Assembly: GCA_964467655.1 (NCBI GenBank) | Contig: CAYXSN010000007.1 | Coordinates: forward strand, 682-64,681 | Length of the DNA: 64,000 nt | Direction: 5' to 3' | DNA from: an uncultured Candidatus Saccharimonadales bacterium | GTDB lineage: Bacteria; Patescibacteriota; Saccharimonadia; UBA4664 | Program-made: the position numbers and the translations under genes | Notes under the pieces: model-generated | What the model was told of the DNA's origin: nothing | What the model saw: only the letters and a program-made list of their open reading frames with translations | The model's database searches: none | Part shown: one piece after another, positions 10,701-20,372 of the stretch | Layout of the letters: each line of letters opens with the position of its first letter | Position numbering within the stretch: position 1 is the first letter of the stretch

Positions 10701-13700
10701 CGGTGGAAGGTGGCCTCACCATCGGCAGCGGCACCGCCATCACGGTGGGCGCTAGTGCCGGTCAAAGCTCCACAGTTTCCTGTGGCGCCAACCAGGCAGT
10801 CACGGCTGCCACTTTCACCGGTGGCGTGCTCACTACTGCTCCCAGCTGCGCCACTATCAACGGCACCGGCGCTAACACGACCCTGAGCAACCTCGGCACC
10901 ACAGCCATTACGGCCACGTTGCAGCCGGCCTCAGGTAGTAGTAACGCCATCGATCTGGGTACTGCCTCCACCAACCTCTGGCGAACCGGGTATTTTGGCA
11001 CCAGTGTCCAGAGCCCCAGCTACACTGGCACTGGCGCCGTCAGCGTAACTTCAGGCGGGGCAGCTGGCCTCACGCTACAATCAGCTTCGGGTACCGTCAC
11101 GCTTGGTACCAGCACCAACTTAACTGCCGCCGCCGGCTTAACTATCAACCCTACAGGCGCCAACGGCCTCAACCTGGGTACCGCCAACGCCAACGCTATT
11201 GCCATCGGTAACACCACCTCAAACCCCAGCATTAGCATCGACTCTGGCACCAGCGCCACCAACATCGGCGACACCGCCACCACCAAGGGCATCGACATCG
11301 GTGGCAACGACAACTCGGGTACCGACACCATTAGAATAGCCACCAACGCCACTGCTGCCGACGCTGTCACTATTGGCAGTACCAATGCCACCTCGCTCAC
11401 TATCCTGCAGGGTGGTACTCAAGCCACTGGTGGCATCCAGCTCAACTCAAATGTGGTAGCACTCACCGGTACCAACCCAACCATCACCAACACCGGCACC
11501 AACACGCTCACGATCAACACCAACTCCACCGGCCAGCTCAACCTGGGTACCAATGCCAGCGCCAAAACCATCCAGATCGGCCAGACCACTGCCGCTGTGG
11601 CTGATACCGTCAACATCGCCAACTCAGCGTTCTCAGGTTCTACTGCCACAGTGGCCATCGGCAATCTGTTGGGTGCTAGTGCCACCACCATTCAGGCCGG
11701 TACCGGCAACCTCAATCTCAACGTCGGCCAAGCCGCCTCGGGCGTGATCGTCAAACCGTCAGTTGATAGTGCGATCGCGTTTTCTATCAGGAACGCCGCC
11801 TCCAGCCCCATCTTCAATGTCGATACTACAGATACCAATCCCATTAGTATGAGCGGGTTTGAACAAACAGTGCTCACCAACTGGGCAGCGCTGTCTGGTG
11901 GTAGCGTTGCTCGTGACACCACCCAAAAATACGTTGGCTACTCATCGGGCAAGGTGACAGCCGGCACCACGGCCGGTGGCGGTATCTCTCAGGCCATCAC
12001 GCTCACGGTTTCAACCCAATACACTCTGTCGTTCTATGCCAAACTCGATAGCGCCTCGGCCGCTTTCACGACACTCCAAGCCGGCTACTCCAGCACCGGT
12101 GCCGTCGGCGGGGAAGTCGACTGTACACTTAACTCGAGTACGGTGATTACCACCGGCTGGAACCGTTACTACTGTACCTTCACCACCCCGGGAACCAACT
12201 CGGGCACGCCCTACATTTACATCCAGCACAACGACGCCACCAGCGAGGTCTTCTACGTTGATGCTGTCCAGCTCGACACTGGTAGTGTCTTGTCTCCTTA
12301 CGGATCAGGTCAGATCTCGCTCAATGCCAACATCAACTCGCCAGTCAACTTCCAACAATCCGCCAACTCCACCACGGCCTTCCAGATCACCAATTCAACC
12401 GGCCTCAACATCCTCAATGTCGACACGGTCAACTCGAATATTAATAACCTCATCGTCAGTCCAAGCCTTGAGACTAACACCACAGGGTGGGCCGCCCGCA
12501 CCGGTTGTACGTTTAGCCAAGACAACACGGCTGCCTACAATGGTTATTCTTCGGCCAAATGCGTGAATACCGCCACTGCCAACGCCGGCATGAACATCAC
12601 CAATACCACAGGCATTTTGCCAGCACTGGCCTCAAGCACCACCTACACCATTTCGTTCTATGCCAAGGCATCGCTGTATATGACAACCTTTGAGTTCGGC
12701 CGGGCTGACAACGGTTCAACCGACACCGCCTGCCTCACGGCCCAAACCTTAACTATTGGCGACTGGAAACGCTTCAGCTGTACCTTTACTACAGGTACTC
12801 TATCTGGTACACCATATGTTTACTTCAAACAAACCGACGCGGTCGCTCGCACAATCTGGATTGACGCCGTCACCCTGGAAACGGACGCCAACGCTTCGGC
12901 CAGCTACCGCGACGCCCGCTTGTCGCTGGGCAACGCCACTATCTCCAGTCCAGCGGTCTTTCAGACGAATACCAACTCAAGTACCGCCTTCCAGATTCAA
13001 AACGCCAGCGGAATCCAAGTCTTCAACGTGGATACAGCCTCAGACGCCAACCTGGTTGACAATGCCGGATTTGAGGTTAATTCAACCGGCTGGTCGGCCA
13101 TCAACGGTGCTACGGGCCTCATCCGGGATACGTCTAAAACCTACGTCGGTATTGCTTCGGGTAAGGTTACCACAGCGGTTACTGCCAACTCAGGTATGCG
13201 CTACACCTTTAGTTCGGCGCTACCCGCCGTCGCTGGCGTAGCCTACACAATCTCGGCCTATGTCCAGACCAGCGCTGCCGACGCCACGTTTGGCATGGGC
13301 TACAACAACGGCGCCGACACAGCCTGTACCGTCAGTCCCGCTGCCAGTGCCACAGTGCCATCCACCACCGGCTGGACCAGATTCACCTGCTCGACGCCCG
13401 TCAATACTACAGTTAACTCGGTCTACATTACATCTGGCACCACAGCCGTCACGCTCAACATTGATGCCGTCCGAGTGGAGCTCGGCAGTACTGCTACCGC
13501 CTATGGTGCTGCCAACATTAGTTTTAATGGTGTCTTTACCTCGCCGGTAGCGATCAGGAGTCCCAACGATTCCACGAACACCTTCCAGGTTCAATCTTCA
13601 GCTAACATCAATCTATTGACCATTGATTCCTTAAACAAAACGATCAGTGTTGGCTCGACCGTTACCGATACCAATCAGATTCTACTCCAGCTTGATTCCT

Positions 13701-14659
13701 ACGCCGCCGCCTCCCAAGCCATTACCGATACAGTCACCTGCTCATCGTCGGTTAACCCGGGATCGCTCTACTACAACACCAACACCAATGCCATCCGCAG
13801 TTGCATCAGTGGGGCTTGGGAAGACTTAGTGACTACTGCCGGCATGGGCATCCTCCTTTTTGGTGTGGTTCCTGATTCCGGGTTGGCACCGGGTGACCTG
13901 CCCGCCTTGCGAACCTCAGCCGTCACCGGCCCGTGCAAGGTTTCCTGGGCTACTACGACTACCGTCACAGTTCAACCCTGTGTGGCTTTCTCGGGCGGCC
14001 GCAAGATCATCGTCACGGGCGATACTACGCGCCAAACCATGACCACTCAGACCGTCACCATACCGACCGGTACAGCTAACGGTTATACCCATATTTGCCT
14101 CAACGCCGCCAATACCAGCCAGCCCAGTACGACCACGCTTAGCGCCACCGAAAGCGCCAATCTGCCAACGTTTAGTATTACCAGCCCCATACTATGCTTG
14201 GCCGACGTCAGATTAACTGCTGCCGGTACGGCCATTGCCAACGTGTTTGATACACGCACCTTTACGAATACCACCAAAGAATATGCAACCACGGCGGCAG
14301 CTACTTCAATCGGAGTGGCTGTGGTGCCCAGTACGACTGGTGTCGGCCTGCCGGCCGCCGCCAACGCCACCGCCCGCGGGATCGTGGTAGCCTCAAATGG
14401 TGCTGCCGCTGCGGCCGGTGTGCCCAACGCCATCATCGCCGTGGCTGGCCCGGTAGTGGCCAAAGCCTCGGCTGGTACCAACGCTGCCATCGTGACTATT
14501 GCTGCTACCACCGGGTACGTCTCCACGGGTGGCGCCGTCACGAACACCTATAGTGCGCTCGGTGTGTCGCGCAACACCTATCCGGCGACGGCCTGTACGA
14601 CCACAGCCAACGCCGTCAACTGTAACAACTCGCTGTTCTTTAATCTCAACTTAAGGTAG
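7793..14659 (+). CDS. Giant Ser/Thr/Gly/Asn-rich secreted surface protein (~2288 aa) with three CBM4_9-like carbohydrate-binding modules
   Basis: ATG at 7793 preceded by TGGTATAAT (7761-7769) and AAGG; signal peptide; three modules of form (N/S)xGFE...GW...YxGxxSxK...Y(T/S)(L/I)SFYAK at roughly aa 1330-1470, 1530-1680, 1740-1880; internal direct repeats. Confidence 0.55.
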   Translation: MVYRRQRSVRVLQYLATAGSILATLFGVLETSQSAQAAQTVPYLINFQGRLTNNAGSTVADGSYNIKFTLYDASSGGTNRWQASRVRGASDNRVTVTNGLFNIQFGDATKGDPALSPSLFNTQTYANLYLEVELPMPATATCSTNGCAVFTEGPMTPRQRVASAPYAMQSDTLDGFDSSDFGQLAAANTFTGANLFAPTTSSTVALTVKATTAGSTNSLEIFDSSGVRQGYFNASGGLNLSQAITAPTSTNTINNLVVNNGALSNISGYVQGSGTFSLTSTTATGNVFAVADASLTGNGANLSNFSFTNANTSASATTVNGVRSVPTGTTNANANANTLNAFEAGNATTANNNTINALNIGTGYTNYVTSTNLTINSSGDITTAFTQLDGSTTTNGTGTNSTSMTLTSATNFNIGNYIRVANSAACTTGGPNTCYAKITAIAGNVLTITPALTWATGRAVVEFHIPEIGGLDLTQTLTNRYGRGYFIAGVATGNGTTYYNEDGIDTSASDFSIVPTVTNLTIGNSGTTVAVPGALTVAGQSIVNGSGQINGAQLQTGTVANAALANSSLTVTAGTGLSGGGSVSLGGSSPALNVVYGSTSTSAVRGDTALTCPGGTGQLSGGGTSITLGSGGTCGNISISATPTFTSVTAGTFTGSGAVSVASGGTSALTLDSLSGALVLGSNTASVQKSGTALSIDLNSASASTLTVTNSGAGVASLSVEGGLTIGSGTAITVGASAGQSSTVSCGANQAVTAATFTGGVLTTAPSCSAIAGTGATTTLNNVGSTAIGADLLPGTNNTRSIGSASLVWANMYAANLDAGTTTTALTVGTAGTTTAITIGRSGLQVSIPGGVSSSGNITTSGNISTTSSGTITSAGAISAPTATNTINNLVINNGALSNVGNITGAAAVTLASTTSALTLDSGSNVLVVAANDTTLQRTASGSYTVDLVDAGATSLAVTNSNGTGVASLSVEGGLTIGSGTAITVGASAGQSSTVSCGANQAVTAATFTGGVLTTAPSCATINGTGANTTLSNLGTTAITATLQPASGSSNAIDLGTASTNLWRTGYFGTSVQSPSYTGTGAVSVTSGGAAGLTLQSASGTVTLGTSTNLTAAAGLTINPTGANGLNLGTANANAIAIGNTTSNPSISIDSGTSATNIGDTATTKGIDIGGNDNSGTDTIRIATNATAADAVTIGSTNATSLTILQGGTQATGGIQLNSNVVALTGTNPTITNTGTNTLTINTNSTGQLNLGTNASAKTIQIGQTTAAVADTVNIANSAFSGSTATVAIGNLLGASATTIQAGTGNLNLNVGQAASGVIVKPSVDSAIAFSIRNAASSPIFNVDTTDTNPISMSGFEQTVLTNWAALSGGSVARDTTQKYVGYSSGKVTAGTTAGGGISQAITLTVSTQYTLSFYAKLDSASAAFTTLQAGYSSTGAVGGEVDCTLNSSTVITTGWNRYYCTFTTPGTNSGTPYIYIQHNDATSEVFYVDAVQLDTGSVLSPYGSGQISLNANINSPVNFQQSANSTTAFQITNSTGLNILNVDTVNSNINNLIVSPSLETNTTGWAARTGCTFSQDNTAAYNGYSSAKCVNTATANAGMNITNTTGILPALASSTTYTISFYAKASLYMTTFEFGRADNGSTDTACLTAQTLTIGDWKRFSCTFTTGTLSGTPYVYFKQTDAVARTIWIDAVTLETDANASASYRDARLSLGNATISSPAVFQTNTNSSTAFQIQNASGIQVFNVDTASDANLVDNAGFEVNSTGWSAINGATGLIRDTSKTYVGIASGKVTTAVTANSGMRYTFSSALPAVAGVAYTISAYVQTSAADATFGMGYNNGADTACTVSPAASATVPSTTGWTRFTCSTPVNTTVNSVYITSGTTAVTLNIDAVRVELGSTATAYGAANISFNGVFTSPVAIRSPNDSTNTFQVQSSANINLLTIDSLNKTISVGSTVTDTNQILLQLDSYAAASQAITDTVTCSSSVNPGSLYYNTNTNAIRSCISGAWEDLVTTAGMGILLFGVVPDSGLAPGDLPALRTSAVTGPCKVSWATTTTVTVQPCVAFSGGRKIIVTGDTTRQTMTTQTVTIPTGTANGYTHICLNAANTSQPSTTTLSATESANLPTFSITSPILCLADVRLTAAGTAIANVFDTRTFTNTTKEYATTAAATSIGVAVVPSTTGVGLPAAANATARGIVVASNGAAAAAGVPNAIIAVAGPVVAKASAGTNAAIVTIAATTGYVSTGGAVTNTYSALGVSRNTYPATACTTTANAVNCNNSLFFNLNLR
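9932..10112 (+). repeat. Intragenic direct repeat copy 1 (~180 bp) within giant surface-protein gene
   Basis: near-identical to 10685..10865 (GVASLSVEGGLTIGSGTAITVGASAGQSSTVSCGANQAVTAATFTGGVLTTAPSC in both); offset 753 bp keeps frame. Confidence 0.8.
10685..10865 (+). repeat. Intragenic direct repeat copy 2
   Basis: see copy 1. Confidence 0.8.
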
Positions 14660-14661
14660 CT

Positions 14662-15162
14662 ATGTCGATGCTATCAGGCCGTCGTCGCATCATTGGCTGG
14701 GTGAGCGCCATGTTAGTATTTACCATCTTGACGGCTACAGGTATCGCACTGCTCGTAATGCGGCCGGTCCTGCCCAAGACAATCTCGAAGCAAATCACTT
14801 TCACACTGTTGGTACCGAGCCACGAAATCAGCCAGGTCCGTCAAACCGCCAAGTTTGACGGCTCGTTGGGGCAACTCAGCTACATTGTTAAAATCGGCCA
14901 AAACCAGATAACGGTCAGTGAGCAGGCGACACCCGAGAATTTCACTCTCGTACCACAGGCCTACGACAAAGTAGTTGAAGGCATGAAGCCATATGATTCA
15001 TTTGAGACATCATTAGGTAAGATTAGTATTGCCAAAGTTTCAGGCAAACAAACAGCCGTCACCAACACCAAGGGCACGTTGCTATTTGCCCAGGCTAATC
15101 AAGATATGTCAAGCGATGACTGGCGCAAGTTCTTCGCCCAGTTTGCAGTCGTCACGCAGTAA
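14662..15162 (+). CDS. Hypothetical membrane-anchored protein (single N-terminal TM)
   Basis: 166-aa ORF starting 2 nt after stop of the giant gene; N-terminal hydrophobic helix. Confidence 0.4.
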   Translation: MSMLSGRRRIIGWVSAMLVFTILTATGIALLVMRPVLPKTISKQITFTLLVPSHEISQVRQTAKFDGSLGQLSYIVKIGQNQITVSEQATPENFTLVPQAYDKVVEGMKPYDSFETSLGKISIAKVSGKQTAVTNTKGTLLFAQANQDMSSDDWRKFFAQFAVVTQ

Positions 15163-15190
15163 AACTTTGTGGTAAAACTCAATTCTTGTT

Positions 15191-17422
15191 ATGCTTAAAA
15201 ACATGAAAGGTGACGTGAGCCGGCGACTCTCAATAGCTGTCCTATTGGCGGCTTTAGTTCCGACAGCGCCTACCGCCCAAGCAGCGCTTACCAGTTGTGC
15301 CTTTGGGATGTCACCGGCAACAGCCTCCGTCAATACCCAGACTACCTTTAGTTTTGGTATTTATAATAATGCCGCTCAAGACATTCGGTGGATTCAGATC
15401 AACCAACCCGCCGGCGGTGATTACGCCAACATTCAAGCGGCTTCAGCCGGTGATTGGCAGGTGGCTACCATGACTCAAAGCGCCACATTCACGGGGGCAA
15501 CCTTGGCTCCGTATTACAGCCAGGGCTTTGATGTGACAGCCCAAACTGGCACTACCACCGGTCAAACCGGTTACTGGCAAGTGCTGGCCTCAGACTCCGA
15601 AGACGGTGCCGATGCCATAGCCTGCGACGGGCCGGGGGATATTTGGCTTGAAAGAAATGCCACAGCCATTGTCATGAGTGGTTTGAGCCTCACCAGCGTC
15701 AGCCCGACCAGTGTATCCATCCACTGGGACACCGACGTGCCGGCCACCACTCAGATCCTCTATGGTCTTGATACCAACTATGACCGCTCAACCGATTTTG
15801 AAGGCCGGCTGACCACCAGCCATGATGTTAAAATTACCGGCCTGAGTCCGAGCACCGGCTATGTTTACCAGGCAGTCAGTACCACACCCGATGGCGGCCG
15901 TACCCAATCAGGCGATAGTACGTTTTTGACTGCCGTGATTCCGCCATTACAACCGCCACCGTCTACTCCGCCAACCGTGCCAACCGCCTCCGGGAGTGGC
16001 AATGTTCCCGATGTGAAGGTGAAGGCTAGCCCAACTGAGCATGTTCCGCCAGTGGTAACACTAGCAACCATACCGACAGGTGCTGTGGCTACGGCGCCGC
16101 TCATTACCGGCACTGCTACCGACAACGAAGCGGTGGCGCTAATTGAATACTCAATTGACGGTGGTGCCAACTGGCAGCCCGCTGACCAAGCAGCCACAGC
16201 GGCTGGTCAGGCCGCTGGTCGCAGCGTCGGCTTTAGCTTCCGGCCGACCATCACGCAGGATGGCAATTACCGCTTGGTGGTGCGGGCTACCGATGCGTCG
16301 AGAAACACCGCCACAGCTGAGGCCTTCACGCTCATAATCGACCGACTGCCACCGAGACTGAGTCCGGTAATAGTAACGCTCGGTGGTCAGGTCATCCAGC
16401 CCGACGCCAACGGTACGTATCAGCTGGTGCTTGGTGTCAAATATCACGTAAGCGCTACGAGCGTTGGAGGTGCCACCACCGCGGCCGTCCAGCAGGTGGA
16501 TCTAGCCGGCAACCAGGCTGGGACATTTAGTATGGTTCCGTCAAGTGATGGCCTTTGGCAAGGAGTCACAACAGCTGGTCGTTCAGGCGTATACAACCTG
16601 CTCTGGACAGCCCGGGATGGAGCTGGTCATGAGGTCACTCAACCTTTTGGCAAAGCCCAAGTAGGCGATAACGGTAGTATTACGAATGCGGTGAACCGGC
16701 AGCCTGTAGCCAAAGCCGAAATCACTGTCTACACCTATGTTCCAGCTGATGCCGCTTGGCAGGTCTGGGATGCTGGCAGTTGGGGTCAATCAAATCCACA
16801 ACGAACGGTTAATTCGGGCAAATTTGGTTTTGTGCTGCCGCCAGGTCGGTACTACCTGCAAGTCAAAGCCCCTCATTATCAGACCTATACTACCTCAAGT
16901 TTCAGTATAGACACCCCAACCACGCTGGCACCAGAGGTGACGCTGCGCCAGGCTTGGTGGCCAGATTGGTCGGCACACGCCATCGACGTCCAGACCGATA
17001 CCCGGCAGGTTCGCTCAAGCCGTACAGGGCAGGCCTTCCCGGAGTTTAAGTTGCCGGCCGTCGGTGGCGGCAGCCGCCAGACAATCGATTTCCGGGGTCG
17101 TCCCACCTTGTATACGTTTGTGGCTACGTGGGCTCCTGATGGTCAAGCCCAGATTGCCGAACTGGCCGCCTTAGCTCAGAGTAAAGGCTTCAATATTGTG
17201 CCAGTATTTTGCCAGCAGTCAGCCCTTAAGGCGGCAGCTTATTTAACGGGTGCCGGATATAACTACCAGGGTATCGCCGATGCCGACGGTACGTTGTCGG
17301 CAGCAGTCGGGGTGGCTGGCATTCCGTTCCATTATCTCACAGACAATACAGGGCGCATCACAAAGGTCCTCCCGGGCTTTCAGACCAAGGAGACATTATT
17401 AAAGGAGATAGGCGGAAACTAG
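15191..17422 (+). CDS. Secreted multidomain protein: FN3-like, Ig-like, carboxypeptidase-regulatory-like beta-sandwich and C-terminal thioredoxin/redoxin-like domain
   Basis: 743 aa; signal peptide; FN3-like LSLTSVSPTSVSIHWDTD...GLSPSTGYVYQA; CarboxypepD_reg-like AEITVYTYVP...GKFGFVLPPGRYYLQVKAPHYQ; thioredoxin-like tail FPEFKLPAVGGGSRQTIDFRGRPTLYTFVATW. Confidence 0.5.
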   Translation: MLKNMKGDVSRRLSIAVLLAALVPTAPTAQAALTSCAFGMSPATASVNTQTTFSFGIYNNAAQDIRWIQINQPAGGDYANIQAASAGDWQVATMTQSATFTGATLAPYYSQGFDVTAQTGTTTGQTGYWQVLASDSEDGADAIACDGPGDIWLERNATAIVMSGLSLTSVSPTSVSIHWDTDVPATTQILYGLDTNYDRSTDFEGRLTTSHDVKITGLSPSTGYVYQAVSTTPDGGRTQSGDSTFLTAVIPPLQPPPSTPPTVPTASGSGNVPDVKVKASPTEHVPPVVTLATIPTGAVATAPLITGTATDNEAVALIEYSIDGGANWQPADQAATAAGQAAGRSVGFSFRPTITQDGNYRLVVRATDASRNTATAEAFTLIIDRLPPRLSPVIVTLGGQVIQPDANGTYQLVLGVKYHVSATSVGGATTAAVQQVDLAGNQAGTFSMVPSSDGLWQGVTTAGRSGVYNLLWTARDGAGHEVTQPFGKAQVGDNGSITNAVNRQPVAKAEITVYTYVPADAAWQVWDAGSWGQSNPQRTVNSGKFGFVLPPGRYYLQVKAPHYQTYTTSSFSIDTPTTLAPEVTLRQAWWPDWSAHAIDVQTDTRQVRSSRTGQAFPEFKLPAVGGGSRQTIDFRGRPTLYTFVATWAPDGQAQIAELAALAQSKGFNIVPVFCQQSALKAAAYLTGAGYNYQGIADADGTLSAAVGVAGIPFHYLTDNTGRITKVLPGFQTKETLLKEIGGN

Positions 17423-17423
17423 C

Positions 17424-19073
17424 ATGATTTCGGCGCAGTTTTTAGGTATCAACGCTCATTTTGCAGTCAATGTAATGGCCAGTCTGGTGGCATTTGCCGT
17501 CTGTTGGCTGAGGTTTGATGCCTGGACGGTGCGACGGTCGCGAGCCGAACTCCTCAGCTGGGTTGGCTTTGCCTTGCTGACGACAGGCTTTCTGGTCTCG
17601 GGCTCAGCCTTGGCTGGCGGCAGTGGCGTAGCCGATATATTAATAACCATCAGTGTGTGGGCAAAACTAGCCGGCTTAGCGGCCATCACGACCAGCCAGC
17701 TACTCGAACCATTACAATCGGTGCCGGATATCTCAACTGACACCGACAGAATAAACCTAACGGCGTCAGCTAGCAGCAAAACTAAGCCCAAAAAACCACG
17801 CCACACAACCATGCCAATCTGGTTGCCGCCAACCCTGAGCGGTAGTGGCTTAACCGCCACGAGCCTAGCCATCACCTTATTGACGGCACTCGTGGCTGGA
17901 CTGTATTGGCGCCGGGCCACACAAGGTCTTGAGCGACATCTCAAACCGCTGGCTTATGGGTTCCTGGTATGGGCCGCCGCCGAGGCTGCTCTGGCCGCCA
18001 CCACGTTGCCAGCCGGGAATAACCCATTCGTAGAGAGGACTCTGGCGGTCTATGGGCCGGTCTGGTGGTTGGGCTTGGCCGCCAGCCTCACCGGCTCGCT
18101 CATGATGGGCCGTTGGGTGTGGTCGTATCTTACAAAGCGGTTGGTGAGCCAGCTATACATGGCCTTGATCGCCCAGGTAATTGTCATATTTCTGGTAGTA
18201 ACAGCCAGTTTTACGTATCTCATGTTGCGAGATGTCAAAAATGCCCAGCTCGGTGACCTGCAAACAGCCAGCCGGGTACTCGATTATGCTATTGCGAGTC
18301 GCCAGGCCCAAAACCAGGCCGAAGCCCAAACGGCGGCGGCTTCAAGCAACGTAGCCGCAGCTGTGGCAGCCCGAAACCGGGTTGGTCTGGCCGCCAGCCT
18401 CACTTCGTTCTACAGTGAGCACAAAGTGAGCAGTTTACTTGTGACCGATGCGGCCGGAGTAGTGCTGTGGCGGGCCGAGGACCCCGAACGCTATGGTGAT
18501 TCGGTCTCAAGTGACGCTCTCATCCGGCGGGCGCAGGCGGGCCGGACGGCTTCGAGTGTTACTGTGAGTTCAGGTGTATCGGCGCCGGCAGTGGCGCTCA
18601 CGGCCGTCAGTCCGATCACCGGCAGCGACGGCCTCGTGATCGGTACGGTCACACTTGGCTTCGACGTGAGCGAAGGTTTTGTTGATGGCATCGAGGCTTC
18701 CACCGGCCTATCGAGCACGGTTTACGGCGGTCACACCCGGGCCGCCACCACCATCAAGGACGCTCGGGGCAACCGGACGGCCGGGGTGAGTATGGCCGAT
18801 GCCACCATCAACTCGGAAGTGCTCGAACACAACCATTCCTACACCGGCACCACCCTCATCAATAATCGTCAGTACCTCACGGCCATCACACCACTGGTGA
18901 ACATTGATGGCCAACCCGTTGGCATGCTCCAAGCTGCCCGTCCAGCCACAGATTTATTTATGGCAGCCGGTCACTCACTGCAACTCATGCTTTTGGTAGC
19001 CAGTGTCTTGCTGCTGTGCGCGGCAGTTCCGCTGTTCAAGCTGGCTAAACTGATTGAACGGCAGCTGCGCTAA
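17424..19073 (+). CDS. Polytopic membrane protein with extracytoplasmic double-Cache-like sensor domain, no output domain
   Basis: 549 aa; start 2 nt after upstream stop; ~7 TM helices, then ~270-aa soluble region with Cache-like character, final TM. Confidence 0.4.
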   Translation: MISAQFLGINAHFAVNVMASLVAFAVCWLRFDAWTVRRSRAELLSWVGFALLTTGFLVSGSALAGGSGVADILITISVWAKLAGLAAITTSQLLEPLQSVPDISTDTDRINLTASASSKTKPKKPRHTTMPIWLPPTLSGSGLTATSLAITLLTALVAGLYWRRATQGLERHLKPLAYGFLVWAAAEAALAATTLPAGNNPFVERTLAVYGPVWWLGLAASLTGSLMMGRWVWSYLTKRLVSQLYMALIAQVIVIFLVVTASFTYLMLRDVKNAQLGDLQTASRVLDYAIASRQAQNQAEAQTAAASSNVAAAVAARNRVGLAASLTSFYSEHKVSSLLVTDAAGVVLWRAEDPERYGDSVSSDALIRRAQAGRTASSVTVSSGVSAPAVALTAVSPITGSDGLVIGTVTLGFDVSEGFVDGIEASTGLSSTVYGGHTRAATTIKDARGNRTAGVSMADATINSEVLEHNHSYTGTTLINNRQYLTAITPLVNIDGQPVGMLQAARPATDLFMAAGHSLQLMLLVASVLLLCAAVPLFKLAKLIERQLR

Positions 19074-19097
19074 CAAACTCAATGAAAGGCTCAATCT

Positions 19098-19460
19098 ATG
19101 CCGCTAGTTCTGATAGTCGAAGATGATGAATTGCTACTCAATATGTACCGGGTCGTGTTTGAGCAGCACCATTTCCAAGTGGTCATGGCGTCAGATGGCC
19201 AGTCGGCGCTCGATGCTATCGAGCAGGCAATGCCCGATGTCATGCTCCTCGATATCGTAATGCCCAAGGTCGACGGCCTCGAGGTATTACAACAACTCAA
19301 GGCCAATGCCAAGTGGCAAAAAATTCCAGTAGTCGTCACTACTAGCCTGACAGATACGGCTACGGCTGATGCTGCCCTGGCCGCCGGGGCCACCAAATTC
19401 ATCCAAAAAAGTGAGTATCACCCCGAAGAAGTTGTCAAAATTGTCAAACAAGTGTTATAG
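19098..19460 (+). CDS. Stand-alone response-regulator receiver (CheY-like) protein
   Basis: 120 aa; LVLIVEDDELL...VMLLDIVMPKVDGLEVL (acidic pocket, phospho-Asp, conserved Lys region). Confidence 0.75.
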   Translation: MPLVLIVEDDELLLNMYRVVFEQHHFQVVMASDGQSALDAIEQAMPDVMLLDIVMPKVDGLEVLQQLKANAKWQKIPVVVTTSLTDTATADAALAAGATKFIQKSEYHPEEVVKIVKQVL

Positions 19461-19533
19461 CTAGTTTTTTGTAGAACCACAGTATAAAATTTCTGGAGTG
19501 GTTACCCGAGATCATTGACAAAAGGAGTTACCA

Positions 19534-20280
19534 ATGTCGCTCTGGTCAAGACTAATCTGGCGGGTATATGCCAAGTCATACGACGGAATCCGCCAACTCC
19601 TACCATACCAACAGCTCTACCAAGGGGTCTTGTCGGCTGCCGATATCAAGCCCTTTGATCGCGTCATTGATATTGGTGCTGGCACCGGCAATAGCCGCGC
19701 TTATGCCGGCGCCGGCGCTAGCTGGCTATTGGTCGATCAGATACCCGCTATGCTCAGGCGGGCTCGCCGGAAGTTTGTTGACGATCCGCGAGTCCAGACG
19801 CAAAGGCTCGATTTCACTGACCCTCGCGAACGCGACAACATCGTGCCGGGGTACTCGGTTTGTCTGTCGGTCAATGCCCTGTACTGCGATCCAGATCCAG
19901 TTGGACACCTAACTTGGCTCCATCGAATCGCCGCACCCGCCGCCCGGCTGGTACTAGCAGGTCCTTGGCAAAACGGTGACATGAAGGCCATCATCGCCGA
20001 GCATAGGCGCCAACGAATTGTCCAACAGCACAAGCCACGAATCTGGTGGTTGCTCATCAAAAATCTGCCGGTCTATCTGATTAACCGATGGTATTTGCAA
20101 CCACGCATGACCACGGTGCATTCCTGTCCGGCGTCAGCCAAACAGCTTGCATCCTGGCTCAACCAGGCTGGTTGGCAGATTATGAGTCTCCAATCAGCCT
20201 ATGCCGGTACCGCCTATCTGGTACTCGCACACAAACAACCAGAGGAGCTAACGTGGGCCACTATCAACGACGATGCGTGA
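19534..20280 (+). CDS. Class I SAM-dependent methyltransferase
   Basis: 248 aa; motif I VIDIGAGTGNS. Confidence 0.6.
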   Translation: MSLWSRLIWRVYAKSYDGIRQLLPYQQLYQGVLSAADIKPFDRVIDIGAGTGNSRAYAGAGASWLLVDQIPAMLRRARRKFVDDPRVQTQRLDFTDPRERDNIVPGYSVCLSVNALYCDPDPVGHLTWLHRIAAPAARLVLAGPWQNGDMKAIIAEHRRQRIVQQHKPRIWWLLIKNLPVYLINRWYLQPRMTTVHSCPASAKQLASWLNQAGWQIMSLQSAYAGTAYLVLAHKQPEELTWATINDDA

Positions 20281-20372
20281 ACGGTGATGCTGCCGGTCTG
20301 CGCCAATCTTTTGCCTTGCGCTGCCTCGTATACTGCGGAGGCGCTGACGACGCAGCTGTTGGCAGGAGCCTC

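Noticed and set aside
8602-14547. Many minus-strand ORFs up to 316 aa (e.g. 9643..10593) and plus-strand alternative-frame ORFs inside the giant gene
   Set aside because: Ala/Val/Pro-rich translations with no starts in sensible context; these are a consequence of biased Ser/Thr/Gly/Ala codon usage on the coding strand.
20088-20372. 5' extension of the 322-aa ORF overlapping the methyltransferase gene
   Set aside because: Overlap of ~190 nt in another frame is implausible; the first Met beyond the methyltransferase stop (20373) was chosen instead.
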